Positions 39,202-49,739 of a stretch of 64,000 bases of DNA are shown in pieces. The stretch lies in contig OY970280.1 in assembly GCA_963715865.1 (NCBI GenBank), forward strand, positions 1,088,001-1,152,000, read 5' to 3'. The DNA comes from Candidatus Bathyarchaeota archaeon (GTDB taxonomy: Archaea > Thermoproteota > Bathyarchaeia > Bathyarchaeales > Bathycorpusculaceae). Position numbers and translations under genes: made by a program. Within the stretch, counting starts at the first letter, position 1. Every line of letters begins with the position of its first letter. Under the pieces are notes generated by a model. That model searched no databases, was not told where the DNA came from, and saw nothing but the letters and a program-made list of their open reading frames with translations.

Positions 39202-40665
39202 TTATTCTATCTGCCGCACTTTGGACTTTGCTATTGCCGAGAAGCCTTTGTAGAACTCTTTCATTATGCGCTGGTACCATTTGCCTGAGAATGACCAGTC
39301 AAGCAGATTATCAACCCAGCGAAAGTCATGTTCAGCGCATTGAATCAAAAGTTGTTTGTGAACTTCGCTTAGCTTTGTTTCTGTAAACCAGTCTTCACTT
39401 TTCAGTTTGCCCAATGGAACAAAGAATAATGGCACAATGAGACTTCGCATTTCCTTTAGGTCATCGACTAACTCCATTGTTTTAATAATGTCTGATTCTT
39501 GCTCCTCAGGTAGCCCAACAATCAACGTGCAGGCGGGAACAAGCTTGTTGTCATGCATTAAACCCATGCCACTGCAGACAACATCATGCCAATCTTCAGC
39601 TTTAAACGGGTGAGCTTTCGCAGGCATAATCTTCTTTGCTATTTCTGGAGAACCAGTTTCTATTCCTACTTCGGCTCCCCACCACGTTTGATTCTGAAGG
39701 ATAAGCTCAGATAATTTCGAGATAAGTTTGGGTTTTGATGCTACCGCAGCTAAGGAACAGTGGCTCCAACTTATACCTTTGCACCTTTTCGTTACTAATT
39801 CATGCAGTTGCACCAGTTTCTCGTCGTTAGGCGTTGTATTTTTCGAGCCGTAAAGCATGACATCTTCAGCGTGAATACATGCACCGGTGACTTTACCTGA
39901 ATAAAGATTAACGCTTAATTCACGATCAATTTTTTCAATCGGATACCATCGCAGAGGTCTTAAAGTAACATTGCAAAATTGGCAACCTCTGCAACAGCCT
40001 CTGCCAATCTCAATCAAACCGTTAATTGAAGGCTGAACAATGTCAGGGATTTCTTCTAAACTGGGTGCTTCATCAATTCCAACTTCATAATGGCTTGGGA
40101 TTTCTTCTCCTCCGATTGCTGCCCTGAAAAATTTCCCAATCACATTTTCTGCTTCTCCTTCAATGACGCAGTCAATGCCTAAATCCTTAACGGCTTTTTC
40201 TCGGTAACGAAACTGCCATGCCCCAGGTCCACCAACAATAACCTTTAACCCATTTTGTTTCGCTTTTTTAACGGTTTGGCTTTTTAGCAAAGCTTGAAAG
40301 TGCTTTGCAAGGTAGGGTTCCTTCTTGAAAATAGAAGCAAGAGTTGAAGAAGCTGGACCAAGCCCAAACGGATCCATAGTGTAAACGCCAAGAACTTTTG
40401 CGTCATTAAGATAGCTACGTAAATGGTTTGGACTTACTGTCTCAACTTTAAAGCCTTCTTTTAAAAGTTGAGCTTCAGTTTTTCTTAAGCCGTAAGGCGC
40501 AGTCCAAGGACGACCATTTCTTGTTTTTAATGGTGGAAAGAAAAGGTAGCTATAGAGCCATTCTGGAATAAAGTTTGGAGGAGCACACGTACCAAACCCG
40601 AGGAACTCGTTATTGTGGTAATTACTCATTAAGGTTCTGTCAGCAGTTAAAAGTACCTCTGCCAT
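39202..40665 (-). CDS. B12-binding-domain radical SAM protein
   Basis: GCCRGCQFC, APYGLRKTEA, GIETGS. Confidence 0.85.
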   Translation of the reverse strand: MAEVLLTADRTLMSNYHNNEFLGFGTCAPPNFIPEWLYSYLFFPPLKTRNGRPWTAPYGLRKTEAQLLKEGFKVETVSPNHLRSYLNDAKVLGVYTMDPFGLGPASSTLASIFKKEPYLAKHFQALLKSQTVKKAKQNGLKVIVGGPGAWQFRYREKAVKDLGIDCVIEGEAENVIGKFFRAAIGGEEIPSHYEVGIDEAPSLEEIPDIVQPSINGLIEIGRGCCRGCQFCNVTLRPLRWYPIEKIDRELSVNLYSGKVTGACIHAEDVMLYGSKNTTPNDEKLVQLHELVTKRCKGISWSHCSLAAVASKPKLISKLSELILQNQTWWGAEVGIETGSPEIAKKIMPAKAHPFKAEDWHDVVCSGMGLMHDNKLVPACTLIVGLPEEQESDIIKTMELVDDLKEMRSLIVPLFFVPLGKLKSEDWFTETKLSEVHKQLLIQCAEHDFRWVDNLLDWSFSGKWYQRIMKEFYKGFSAIAKSKVRQIE

Positions 40666-41116
40666 AGCCCCGCCCCTTCACACCTTCATTTAAAATCATC
40701 TAAAGGTGCTACTTCTAGAAAGTGCGAGGCAGATATAACTTTATTGCTCGCTTGGTTAACATACTTTCAAACACTTTTTAGTTAACTAACCTGATTTAAC
40801 AATATTATAAGGATAAGTTTTGTCAACTTCAAAAAGCGCAACTTTTACATTAAAGTATGAAATTAATACTTTCTCTAGAAAAATGTATATCTGGCTTTAG
40901 TGGCGATTTCTCCCGCACGCTTACCTTCCCTTTTTCTTTTTTGTCTACAGCAGCCAAGAGGATTCTTATTGAAGCAGAAGGAAATTGAGGCGGCAGTAGT
41001 TTGCATGCGGATTTTCCTTGCTGAGTTGACGAGGCACTCTGCTTGATTAGAAAAAGCAGAAGACTTAGGCTATGGATTGACAAGAACGTATATTTTTAAT
41101 TCATAAGTGATTAATA

Positions 41117-43444
41117 ATGAAACATACCTCTTCTCAGGTTAATGACATCAAAATGAGTGAACAAACTGCAAGTTTATCCCTTGCTGAAGTTTCCTTGAAC
41201 GAAAAACCCATGTCGAAGATCAGAATTCTCCATGTTGACGATGACCCTTGCATTCTAGAGGTTTCAAAACAGATTCTGGAAGTTGAAAACAATTTCGAGG
41301 TTGACACCGCATTATCCGTTGAAGAAGCCTTCAAGAGAATGGAAAAGCAGTCTTTTGACGTGGTAGTCTCGGATTATGTAATGCCCCAGAAAAATGGCTT
41401 GCAGTTCTTACAGGAACTCCGCGAAAAACGCAACAGCATTCCTTTTGTCATTTTTACAGGGAAAGGCAGAGAAGAAGTAGCGGTTGAAGCGTTGAATTTG
41501 GGCGCTGACAGATACATCAACAAAAACGGTTCTCCTGAAACGGTCTATTGTGAATTAGCAGATGCCATAAACAAGACTGTGGAGCATAAGAAATCAAGAC
41601 AGCAGCTTGCTGCGTCAGAGTCAAAGTATCGCATGCTGGTGGAGAAATCACTTCAGGGAATACTAGTCACGAAAGTAGCTCCGCTCAGGCTGATTTTTGC
41701 CAATGATGCTATGGGAAAAATCTTGGGTTATTCTCTTCAAGAGTTGCTGTCACTTTCGCCCGAAGGAATTATGGGCTTGGTGCACCATCAGGATAGGGCT
41801 GTTTTCTTGGCTGTTTTCTTTAAGCGTATGGAAAACCGCTTTCGGGGTGAACCGGCTGAGTCTTGCTTTGAGTTTCGTGCGGTGCGCAAGGATGGCTCGT
41901 TAATCTGGTTGAGCGCGCTCTCAAATCGAGTTGAGTATGATGGGCAACCGGCTGTGCTGGGTATGTTCTTGGATGTTAACGAACGCAAAAAGGCTGAAGA
42001 GGTTCTGAGAAGAAGTGAAGAGAAGTATCGAGAACTGGCAAATTGTTTGCCGGAGATTGTTTTTGAGATTGATCTAACTGGAAAAATTACGTTCTTCAGT
42101 CAACGAGCTCTTGAAATAACAGGCTTTACACGAGAAGAGCTCGAAAAAGGCTTCAATATTTTGTCGGTCGTTGTTCCTGAGGAACGAGAAAGAGCAATGG
42201 AAAACATAAAGAAGTCGTTGGCTGGAGAAGACCATGGAGCTAACGAATATACGCTCTTCAGAAAAAACGGCGCCACTTATCCTGCGCTTGTGAGGACCAC
42301 TCCCATTTTTTCCGAAAACAAGGTAACAGGGCTGAGAGGGCTGGTCATAGACATCACTGAAGGTAAGAAAGCTGAAGAAGAACGAGAATCAAGCGAAAAC
42401 TACCTCAAAGCAATATTCAAATCAGTTTTAACAGGAATTATTATCATAAACGCTGAAACTCACGAAATCGTTGATGTCAACCCACAAGCCTTGGAAACAT
42501 TGGGCACTTCTAAAGAGCAGACTGTTGGAAAAATCTGCCACAAATTCGTTTGCCCCGCTGAAAAAGGAAAATGCCCAATCAGCGACCTCGGACAAGTCGT
42601 GGACAAATCCGAACGCACCTTACTATCACTCGACGGCGAAAAGATCCCAATTCTGAAAACTGCCGTGGAGATGAGTTGGAAGGGCCAAAAGTACTTGGTG
42701 GAGAGCTTCATTAACATCACTGATCGCAAAAAAGCCGAAGAAGCCTTGAACCAGGTGATGGATCAGTTGGTGTTGGTTAATGAAAAAGTGGAGGTTGTGG
42801 GCAGCTTGACTAGGCATGATGTTCGAAACAAACTTTCAGCGATGACTGGATATGCGTATTTGCTTAAGAAGAAACATGCGGACCAAGCCGACATTGTAGA
42901 AGGATTGGGTAAGATGGAGCAGGCTGTTAAGGATATTGTAGCAATTTTTGACTTCGCCAAGATGTATGAACAGTTGGGAGTTGAAGAGTTAACATACATC
43001 AACGCCGAGAAAGCGCTAAACGAGGCAATAGCGCTTTTTTCAGGTTTATCCAGTTTAGAATTTATCAATGATTGCCATGGACTAAGCTTGATGGCGGACT
43101 CGCTATTGACGCAATTATTCTACAACTTGATTGATAATTCGTTGAAACATGGCGAAAAGGTCACAAAGATACGAGTACATTATGAGAAAGCGGATCAAGA
43201 TAAGCTGATTGTGGTTTATGAGGATGATGGCGTGGGGATTTCGGCTGAGAACAAGTCAAAACTCTTCAAGGAGGGCTTCAGCACCAGCGGCACATCTGGG
43301 CACGGCTTATTTCTATTGCGGAAAATGATGGGCGTCTATGGCTGGTCGATTCAGGAGAATGGTGAACCTGGCAAAGGAGCAAAATTCACAATGACAATTC
43401 CACGGATTAACCAAAACGGAAAAGAGAACTTTCAAATTGTCTAA
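41117..43444 (+). CDS. REC-PAS-PAS-PAS-HATPase sensor histidine kinase
   Basis: ILHVDDD...VSD receiver; three PAS repeats; H-box RHDVRNKL; YEDDGVG, LFKEGFS, GHGLFL. Confidence 0.9.
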   Translation: MKHTSSQVNDIKMSEQTASLSLAEVSLNEKPMSKIRILHVDDDPCILEVSKQILEVENNFEVDTALSVEEAFKRMEKQSFDVVVSDYVMPQKNGLQFLQELREKRNSIPFVIFTGKGREEVAVEALNLGADRYINKNGSPETVYCELADAINKTVEHKKSRQQLAASESKYRMLVEKSLQGILVTKVAPLRLIFANDAMGKILGYSLQELLSLSPEGIMGLVHHQDRAVFLAVFFKRMENRFRGEPAESCFEFRAVRKDGSLIWLSALSNRVEYDGQPAVLGMFLDVNERKKAEEVLRRSEEKYRELANCLPEIVFEIDLTGKITFFSQRALEITGFTREELEKGFNILSVVVPEERERAMENIKKSLAGEDHGANEYTLFRKNGATYPALVRTTPIFSENKVTGLRGLVIDITEGKKAEEERESSENYLKAIFKSVLTGIIIINAETHEIVDVNPQALETLGTSKEQTVGKICHKFVCPAEKGKCPISDLGQVVDKSERTLLSLDGEKIPILKTAVEMSWKGQKYLVESFINITDRKKAEEALNQVMDQLVLVNEKVEVVGSLTRHDVRNKLSAMTGYAYLLKKKHADQADIVEGLGKMEQAVKDIVAIFDFAKMYEQLGVEELTYINAEKALNEAIALFSGLSSLEFINDCHGLSLMADSLLTQLFYNLIDNSLKHGEKVTKIRVHYEKADQDKLIVVYEDDGVGISAENKSKLFKEGFSTSGTSGHGLFLLRKMMGVYGWSIQENGEPGKGAKFTMTIPRINQNGKENFQIV

Positions 43445-43557
43445 TAAAATGTCTCCTGTACACGGGCAGTTACGCTTTTCTTAAACATTAGTTTCTTTAA
43501 TGTCTAGACTGCGTTTGGTTTCTTCATGCAGAGTGCTCTTTCTCTTTGTTTACAGCT

Positions 43558-43650
43558 ATGACCGTAGAGGAAGCTTGCAAGCTAATTGAAGTTGGCTTTG
43601 AATACGTAACTGAAGTAGAAGGCGTAAAACTATTTAGGAAGCGAAAGTAA
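43558..43650 (+). pseudogene. Isolated integrase C-terminal tail relic
   Basis: MTVEEACKLIEVGFEYVTEVEGVKLFRKRK* matches the tail of 18975..19286. Confidence 0.8.
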
Positions 43651-43756
43651 AAATGAGAACAAAAATACCTAGATATGTAAAAAACTTCGTAGAAAAATGT
43701 ATATCAAGGTATTCGACAATTAAATGAGGAAACATTTCATGGGAGAAGAGGATTGC

Positions 43757-44320
43757 TTGAAAAACATGGTAGAGTTTAGATGGCATGGTAGAGGCGGTCA
43801 AGGAGCGTGGACCGCGAGTGAATTACTGGCAAGAACAGCCCTTGATGAAGGCAAGTACATTCAATCATTCCCCGAATTTGGACCGGAACGAATGGGTGCG
43901 CCTGTGACTGCTTTTACAAGAATAAGTACTGAACCAATAAGGTTACATTGCGCAATTTACGACCCTGATGTTGTTGTTGTTTTAGATAACACTCTGCTGA
44001 AAACGGTTCCAGTTACAGCTGGATTAAACCGCGATGAAGATGTACTAATTATTAATTCTACCGAGGAACCAGTTGCTTTGAAAGAAAACCTTAGGGTGAC
44101 AAAAGGCAAAGTTTGGACGGTTCCAGCAACCGAAATTGCCCTGAAAATTTTGGGGGCACCAATAACCAGCACAGCGATGCTGGGCGGTGTTGCTAAGGCA
44201 ACTGAAATAGTCACCTTAGAAGGCATCGAGAAAACGTTGAAGGGACGTTTCAGACCGGAGTTAGCGGAGAAAAACTTCATGGTTATCAAGGAAGCGTATA
44301 AGGAGGCAAAAACGATTTGA
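43757..44320 (+). CDS. porC: Pyruvate/2-oxoacid:ferredoxin oxidoreductase gamma subunit
   Basis: RWHGRGGQG, PEFGPERMGAPV; TTG start after GAGGA. Confidence 0.9.
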   Translation: MKNMVEFRWHGRGGQGAWTASELLARTALDEGKYIQSFPEFGPERMGAPVTAFTRISTEPIRLHCAIYDPDVVVVLDNTLLKTVPVTAGLNRDEDVLIINSTEEPVALKENLRVTKGKVWTVPATEIALKILGAPITSTAMLGGVAKATEIVTLEGIEKTLKGRFRPELAEKNFMVIKEAYKEAKTI

Positions 44321-44598
44321 GTCGAGAAAAAAGTTGGAAAGAAATCTCTATTGCTGCAGTATGTCCAAAGTCTAGCATCGGATTCATGACAGGTGACTGG
44401 AAAACTTACATGCCAGTAAGAGACCTAGAAAAATGCACATTATGCTTAACATGCGTAATGTTTTGCCCTGAAGGAGCAATAAAGTGGCATCCAGACATGG
44501 GCAAAATCGAGTTTGACTTCAGCTTCTGCAAAGGCTGCGGAATATGTGCTAATGAGTGCCCAACTAAAGCGATAACAATGAAAATAGAAGAGGAGTAA
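44317..44598 (+). CDS. porD: Oxidoreductase delta subunit (2x[4Fe-4S])
   Basis: TGDWK..P, CTLCLTC.FCP, CKGCGICANECP. Confidence 0.9.
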   Translation: MSREKSWKEISIAAVCPKSSIGFMTGDWKTYMPVRDLEKCTLCLTCVMFCPEGAIKWHPDMGKIEFDFSFCKGCGICANECPTKAITMKIEEE

Positions 44599-44603
44599 AA
44601 AAC

Positions 44604-45836
44604 ATGAAACAACAAGCTAAACAGGAAACCATTGCTTTAAACGGAGATGAAGCAGTTGCCTACGCGGTTAAACAGTGTGATGTTGACGTAGTTGCTGCTT
44701 ACCCAATTACACCTCAAACAATCATAGTTGAAAAATTCAGCGAGTATGTTGCTAACGGAGAAGTTCAAACAGAGTTTGTCTGCACTGAATCAGAGCACAG
44801 TGCCATGACCGCTTGCCTTGCAGCGTCTGTAACAGGTGCGCGAACGTTTACCGCTAGTGCTTCAGCAGGTTTAGCGTTGATGCATGAGATGCTTTTCGTG
44901 ACTTCGGGTTCACGTGCTCCAGTTGTAATGGCGGTAGCTAACCGTGCTTTATCTTCGCCGCTTAACATTCATGGTGACCAATCTGACAGCATGGCTGAGC
45001 GAGACAGTGGATGGATTCAGATTTACGTTGAGAACGCTCAGGAAGCATACGACTCTATTATTCAAGCGTTCAAAATTGCCGAGGATCTTGACGTGTCTTT
45101 GCCGATAATCGTCGGCTTAGACGGGTTCACGGTAAGTCACACGCTGGAGAACGTTGATGTACTAACGGAAGACACTGTGAAACAATTTATTGGAGACAGG
45201 CAACTGCCAAATGTACTTACGCATGAAGGTAAAACAGTGCCGTTTAAGCTTGATCCAGAGAATCCGATGACGATGGGACCGATTGCTTTTCAAAACTACT
45301 ATTTTGAGTTTAAACGCCAGCAGGAAGAAGGCATGAAGAACGCGTTAAAGCGAATACAAGAGGTCAACAGTGAATATGCTAAAGTCAGTGGCAGAAGCTA
45401 TGGCAACGGGCTCATAGATGCTTACAAGCTTGAGGACGCTGAAATTGCAGTGGTTTGTGTTGGCTCAACCTCTGGAACACTAAAAGTAATTATTGACGAA
45501 CTAAGGCAAGAGGGCATTAAAGCTGGGCTTCTACGACTACGTACGTTCAGGCCACTACCGGTCGAAGAACTTCGAAAAGCATTAGGCAATGCCGTTGCAA
45601 TTGCGGTTATGGATAAAAGTATGAGTTTCGGCGGTTTTGGCGGTGCAGTTTTTGGTGAAGTTCGCCATGCGCTTTACGATGATAAGAAGCATCCGACCAT
45701 TGTGAATTACATTTATGGTTTAGGTGGGAGAGATTCAAGTCCACGTGAACTGCGAAGAATCTTCGAAGAGCTTACGCATATTGCAAGGACTGGGCATGTT
45801 GAAAGCCAAATTCATTATTTAGGGTTAAGGGAGTAA
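44604..45836 (+). CDS. porA: Oxidoreductase alpha subunit
   Basis: AYPITPQT, ESEHSA, NRALS.P.NIH.D. Confidence 0.92.
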   Translation: MKQQAKQETIALNGDEAVAYAVKQCDVDVVAAYPITPQTIIVEKFSEYVANGEVQTEFVCTESEHSAMTACLAASVTGARTFTASASAGLALMHEMLFVTSGSRAPVVMAVANRALSSPLNIHGDQSDSMAERDSGWIQIYVENAQEAYDSIIQAFKIAEDLDVSLPIIVGLDGFTVSHTLENVDVLTEDTVKQFIGDRQLPNVLTHEGKTVPFKLDPENPMTMGPIAFQNYYFEFKRQQEEGMKNALKRIQEVNSEYAKVSGRSYGNGLIDAYKLEDAEIAVVCVGSTSGTLKVIIDELRQEGIKAGLLRLRTFRPLPVEELRKALGNAVAIAVMDKSMSFGGFGGAVFGEVRHALYDDKKHPTIVNYIYGLGGRDSSPRELRRIFEELTHIARTGHVESQIHYLGLRE

Positions 45837-45852
45837 ATTAGGAGGAAAAAAA

Positions 45853-46818
45853 TTGACAACTCAAGAATGGAAATTCACAGCCAAAGATATTGCGTCTAAA
45901 CCAGATTTGTTCCTTTCAGGTCACAGGGCATGTGCAGGTTGCGGACCAGCAGCAGTGCTGCGTTTGATAATGAAAGCTACACGTGGACCAACAATTGTGA
46001 CTGAAGCAACTGGCTGCATGGAAGTAGTCTCATCAATTTACCCTTACACGTCCTGGGCTGTGCCATGGTTGCACACGGCTTTTGAGAATGCCGCTGCAAA
46101 CGCTTCAGGTATTGATGCTGCATTGAAAGCTATGCGTAAGAAGGGCAAAGTGAAGCAAGAGCACATTGATATTATTGCGATTGCTGGTGACGGTGGAACT
46201 TTCGACATTGGCTTACAAGCGTTGTCTGGTGCTGTTGAACGTGGACATGACTTCTTGTTTGTACTGTATGATAATGAAGCTTACATGAACACTGGCATCC
46301 AACGAAGCGGTGGAACACCGATTGGCGCAGCAACGTCAACTACTCCTGCTGGCTCAGTTGTGCCTGGAAAACTCGAGAAGAAGAAGCCTATTACGGAGAT
46401 TATGTTGGCGCATGACATGGAGTACGTGGCTACTGCATCACCATACTACTGGAAAGACATGCTAACGAAAGTTCGCAAAGGCTTAGAAGTGAATGGACCA
46501 GCGTTTCTGCACATATTTGCTCCTTGTCCAAGGGGTTGGCGTAGTGAACCAGGCAAAAGCATTGAGTACTCGAAGTTGGCGGTGGAATCATGCGTGTTTC
46601 CAATTTGGGAAGCAGTAAACGGCAAACGGCAACTTTCAACGCCAAGTAAACTGATTGCTTTGGCACCGCAAAAGAAGAAGCCAGTTAAAGATTACCTTGC
46701 AGGCCAAGGCAGGTTCAGGCACCTGTTTACTCCGCAAAATAAGCATGTGCTGGATGAGATTCAACGTTTCACTGATGAACGTTGGGAACGGCTTCTCCAA
46801 AAATGCGAGACAGCCTAA
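45853..46818 (+). CDS. porB: Oxidoreductase beta subunit (TPP binding)
   Basis: GHRACAGC, TGC, GDGG...YDNEAYMNTG.Q, PCPRGW. Confidence 0.92.
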   Translation: MTTQEWKFTAKDIASKPDLFLSGHRACAGCGPAAVLRLIMKATRGPTIVTEATGCMEVVSSIYPYTSWAVPWLHTAFENAAANASGIDAALKAMRKKGKVKQEHIDIIAIAGDGGTFDIGLQALSGAVERGHDFLFVLYDNEAYMNTGIQRSGGTPIGAATSTTPAGSVVPGKLEKKKPITEIMLAHDMEYVATASPYYWKDMLTKVRKGLEVNGPAFLHIFAPCPRGWRSEPGKSIEYSKLAVESCVFPIWEAVNGKRQLSTPSKLIALAPQKKKPVKDYLAGQGRFRHLFTPQNKHVLDEIQRFTDERWERLLQKCETA

Positions 46819-47057
46819 AGTTTTTCTTTCTTTTTTGTTTTTTGCTTTTTGCGATCTATTGCTCTGGGAAAGTTTATAGCCCTTGCATAAGGCGGTTATA
46901 GAACGCTTTTGAAATAAAGAGTATTGAATAATTGAAAATGGCAATTTTTGAAATGCTTAATTATTAGTGTACCAATTAAATTAGTGGTGTTTTGGTTGAT
47001 TTTTAATCAGGGGTGAGTTAAATTTTTAGAGAATTTGTAAGAAAAACAGCGGATTCC

Positions 47058-47678
47058 TTGCGTTCGACAAAGAAAAGCGATTTACCTTTCGACCACATGC
47101 TTACCAGGCCTGCCTTCTTTTTGTCTCAGGAACCTCAGTATTCAAGTTATTCCGTTGGCAAGTTTTCTTACGGAGTAAATTCGCCCCTTGTTTTTAGTAA
47201 TGCAACGGGAGATAAGAGCGGTTCATTGAAGATTGGCAAGTTTTGCTCGATAGGTTCAGGTGTTACGATTCTGCTTGGCGGGGAACATAGGCCTGATTGG
47301 GTTACAACCTACCCTTTTAGTGTCTTATTTAAAAAGTTTGATGATTTTCATGGCGCTTCAACTACTAAGGGTGACGTTGTTATTGGAAATGATGTTTGGA
47401 TTGGCATGAACGTCTTGATTTTATCGGGTGTTACGGTGGGTGATGGAGCGGTTATTGGAGCCTGCAGCGTGGTAACGAGGGATGTGGAACCTTATGCTAT
47501 TGTTGTGGGAAACCCTGCGAGATTGATAAGGAAACGGTTTGATCAAGCGGTTATCAATAAGCTTTTGGAGATTAAATGGTGGGATTGGGATGCTGGCAGG
47601 ATTACGGAGAACATGCCTTTTTTGCTTTCAAATAGGATAAATGAGTTTGTTGAGAAAAATAGTGCCAAGAAAAGTTAG
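47058..47678 (+). CDS. CatB/Vat-like hexapeptide O-acetyltransferase
   Basis: [39 protein letters not shown]. Confidence 0.88.
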   Translation: MRSTKKSDLPFDHMLTRPAFFLSQEPQYSSYSVGKFSYGVNSPLVFSNATGDKSGSLKIGKFCSIGSGVTILLGGEHRPDWVTTYPFSVLFKKFDDFHGASTTKGDVVIGNDVWIGMNVLILSGVTVGDGAVIGACSVVTRDVEPYAIVVGNPARLIRKRFDQAVINKLLEIKWWDWDAGRITENMPFLLSNRINEFVEKNSAKKS

Positions 47679-47929
47679 GTTAGCCTTCCGCCTAGTTTCT
47701 CTAGGTAATCCAGAAACTTCTCCAGTTCAACCTTGTCCATGTTCACGAGTTCAGCGTGTTCCGCTTTAACGTACTTGCGAAAAGATTCCAAACATAGACT
47801 AGCACCAGTGTTTTCTTTAAAGGTGCGTACCTGCTCGCGCTCAATCTTAATTCTATACAGCGTAGCCAAAAAGGTTGCAAGAACAACCAGTGTGTTGCTT
47901 ACAATAACGATTAGTGAAATGTCAACCAA
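47675..47929 (-). CDS. Small one-TM protein
   Basis: N-terminal TM helix; GAGGGG upstream of the TTG start. Confidence 0.6.
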   Translation of the reverse strand: MVDISLIVIVSNTLVVLATFLATLYRIKIEREQVRTFKENTGASLCLESFRKYVKAEHAELVNMDKVELEKFLDYLEKLGGRLT

Positions 47930-48018
47930 TTGAACATCCCCTCTCGCTTATGCATATTAAGACTTAGGTTATTTTCTCTTTCGCTCAATAGAATATAATC
48001 AAAAAGTTCAGTGGTTAT

Positions 48019-49239
48019 TTAGTGGTTGTTTTCTGGGATTATTTTTAGTATTCTAAGGATTTTTTTGAATTCTTCCTCTTTCAACGAGGCTCTTCTGCCG
48101 TTCGCGTACATGTCTTTTATCCTTTCTACTACTATGGCTACGGTTTGGTCGTCTGGAGTGTTTCCTGCCAGCTCTGTTATTTTGTGTTTGATTATGCCTT
48201 TTCCCGACTGTTTCCCAATCGTTAAACGCCTTGTGTTGCCTACCAGTTCAGGCGGGTAAGGCTCATACGTCCACGGGTCGTTCAAGACGCCGTGCGTGTG
48301 GATTCCTGACTCATGCGCGAAACCGTAGTCGCCAACGATTGCCTTGTTAGGCGGAACCACGTAGCCTGTTGCTTTGCCAATGTAGTCGGCGGTTTGCTTT
48401 AGCTTCTGGGTTTTGCCTTCAAACTTTTTGACGCCGTAATGCAAGTACAAGTTCAACAGTACCTTCTCGGTTTCAGCGTTGCCTGCACGCTCGCCAATGC
48501 CAAGATACGTTGTGCTAGCGTACACCTTATCCCATACGCCTGAAGCTGCCCTAATCGCCGCCATCGTGTTCTCAACAGCGTTCCCAAAATCGTCATGCGC
48601 ATGAATCTCAATTGCGCCAATTCTAGTTTCCTTCTTGATGGCGACCACTTTGGCTGGAACACCGTTGGGCAAAGGCGCCGCTGGATCAGACAAGCCAATT
48701 CCGACAGTATCGCAGATACGGTAACATTCCGCGCCAGCGTCGGCAACGGCGTTGATGAAGCGTCTCTCAAAGTTCCAGTCTGCACGTGTACTGTCTTCGC
48801 CATGAACGAAGGTTCTCAATCCGCACGTTTTAGCTGCATACTCAACAACGTCAACCACATTAGCTAAGATTTGCTCTTTGGTTTTTTCAGGCCACTTAGC
48901 CTTAAAATGCAAGTCGGAAACAGGATGAGAAATTCCGACCTCTTTAAACCCGCATGCCATAGCGCTGTCAATGTCCTCTTTTAATGCTCTGCACCAGCCA
49001 GCAACGCGCAAATCAAGATGCAAATCCCCGATAAGCTTTGCTGCTTTCTTGTCTGGCTCCTGATAATGGAACAGTTCGATGCGTTCGACGCCGATTTCGC
49101 TGAGGAACTGGACTATTTTTGCTGAGTCTTTTGGTCCAGCAGCTAAGCCGGGCATTTGAATACCGTCACGCAATGTGGTATCGTCTATTATTGGCTCGGT
49201 TTTTAGGGGCAATTTGAAATAGAAGTCTTGTAAGTCCAT
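48019..49239 (-). CDS. DRE-TIM metallolyase (LeuA/NifV superfamily), probably Re-citrate synthase-like
   Basis: DTTLRDG, EDSTRAD, CDTVG, HAHDDFG, GIGERAGN, HESGIH; no LeuA regulatory domain. Confidence 0.8.
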   Translation of the reverse strand: MDLQDFYFKLPLKTEPIIDDTTLRDGIQMPGLAAGPKDSAKIVQFLSEIGVERIELFHYQEPDKKAAKLIGDLHLDLRVAGWCRALKEDIDSAMACGFKEVGISHPVSDLHFKAKWPEKTKEQILANVVDVVEYAAKTCGLRTFVHGEDSTRADWNFERRFINAVADAGAECYRICDTVGIGLSDPAAPLPNGVPAKVVAIKKETRIGAIEIHAHDDFGNAVENTMAAIRAASGVWDKVYASTTYLGIGERAGNAETEKVLLNLYLHYGVKKFEGKTQKLKQTADYIGKATGYVVPPNKAIVGDYGFAHESGIHTHGVLNDPWTYEPYPPELVGNTRRLTIGKQSGKGIIKHKITELAGNTPDDQTVAIVVERIKDMYANGRRASLKEEEFKKILRILKIIPENNH

Positions 49240-49282
49240 TTTGCACTATGCTGTCCTTTTTATGCTTCTCCCAAAGCGTTTT

Positions 49283-49305
49283 TGTAACGTTAATTAACGC
49301 TTACA
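49283..49305. promoter_or_regulatory. Palindromic operator candidate upstream of the DRE-TIM gene
   Basis: TGTAA-CGTTAATTAACG-C-TTACA (perfect 12 bp core). Confidence 0.4.
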
Positions 49306-49424
49306 TGCAGTTGATAAACATTTCTGTACTACTTTTGTAAGTTTGTCCAAGAGAATACGTGACTTAACTGCAAAATGTCTTATCTAAAAGCAAACAAAAC
49401 CTTTACACATAAACAAGCAAAATG

Positions 49425-49739
49425 CTATCTTGCGCTCGCATACAATGCTTTTAGCGTGCCTGAAACAGCCAAAACATGCACCGCAGCCTCTCTGCCCCCG
49501 ATGCTGGTAACTGTAGTCAACGAAGCTCTCACCATACCCAAAGCGACCAGCGAAACGCGAACCACCGCAACTTTCCGTTCCAAATCAAAGTCAATCAAAG
49601 TTAAACCAGTTAAACTTGCGCCAACTTCACCGTAAAGCTTCGTTACGGCAGCCCAAATTGCATCCATTAACTCGCGTTCAGTAGGTACGCCTTCGCATTC
49701 CAGTTGCAGGGCTAAGTAGCGCCGTTTAATCCGCTTCAA
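49425..49739 (-). CDS. rnp2: RNase P protein Pop5/Rpp14
   Basis: KRRYLAL...LYGEVGA...VSGTLKAL. Confidence 0.9.
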   Translation of the reverse strand: MKRIKRRYLALQLECEGVPTERELMDAIWAAVTKLYGEVGASLTGLTLIDFDLERKVAVVRVSLVALGMVRASLTTVTSIGGREAAVHVLAVSGTLKALYASAR

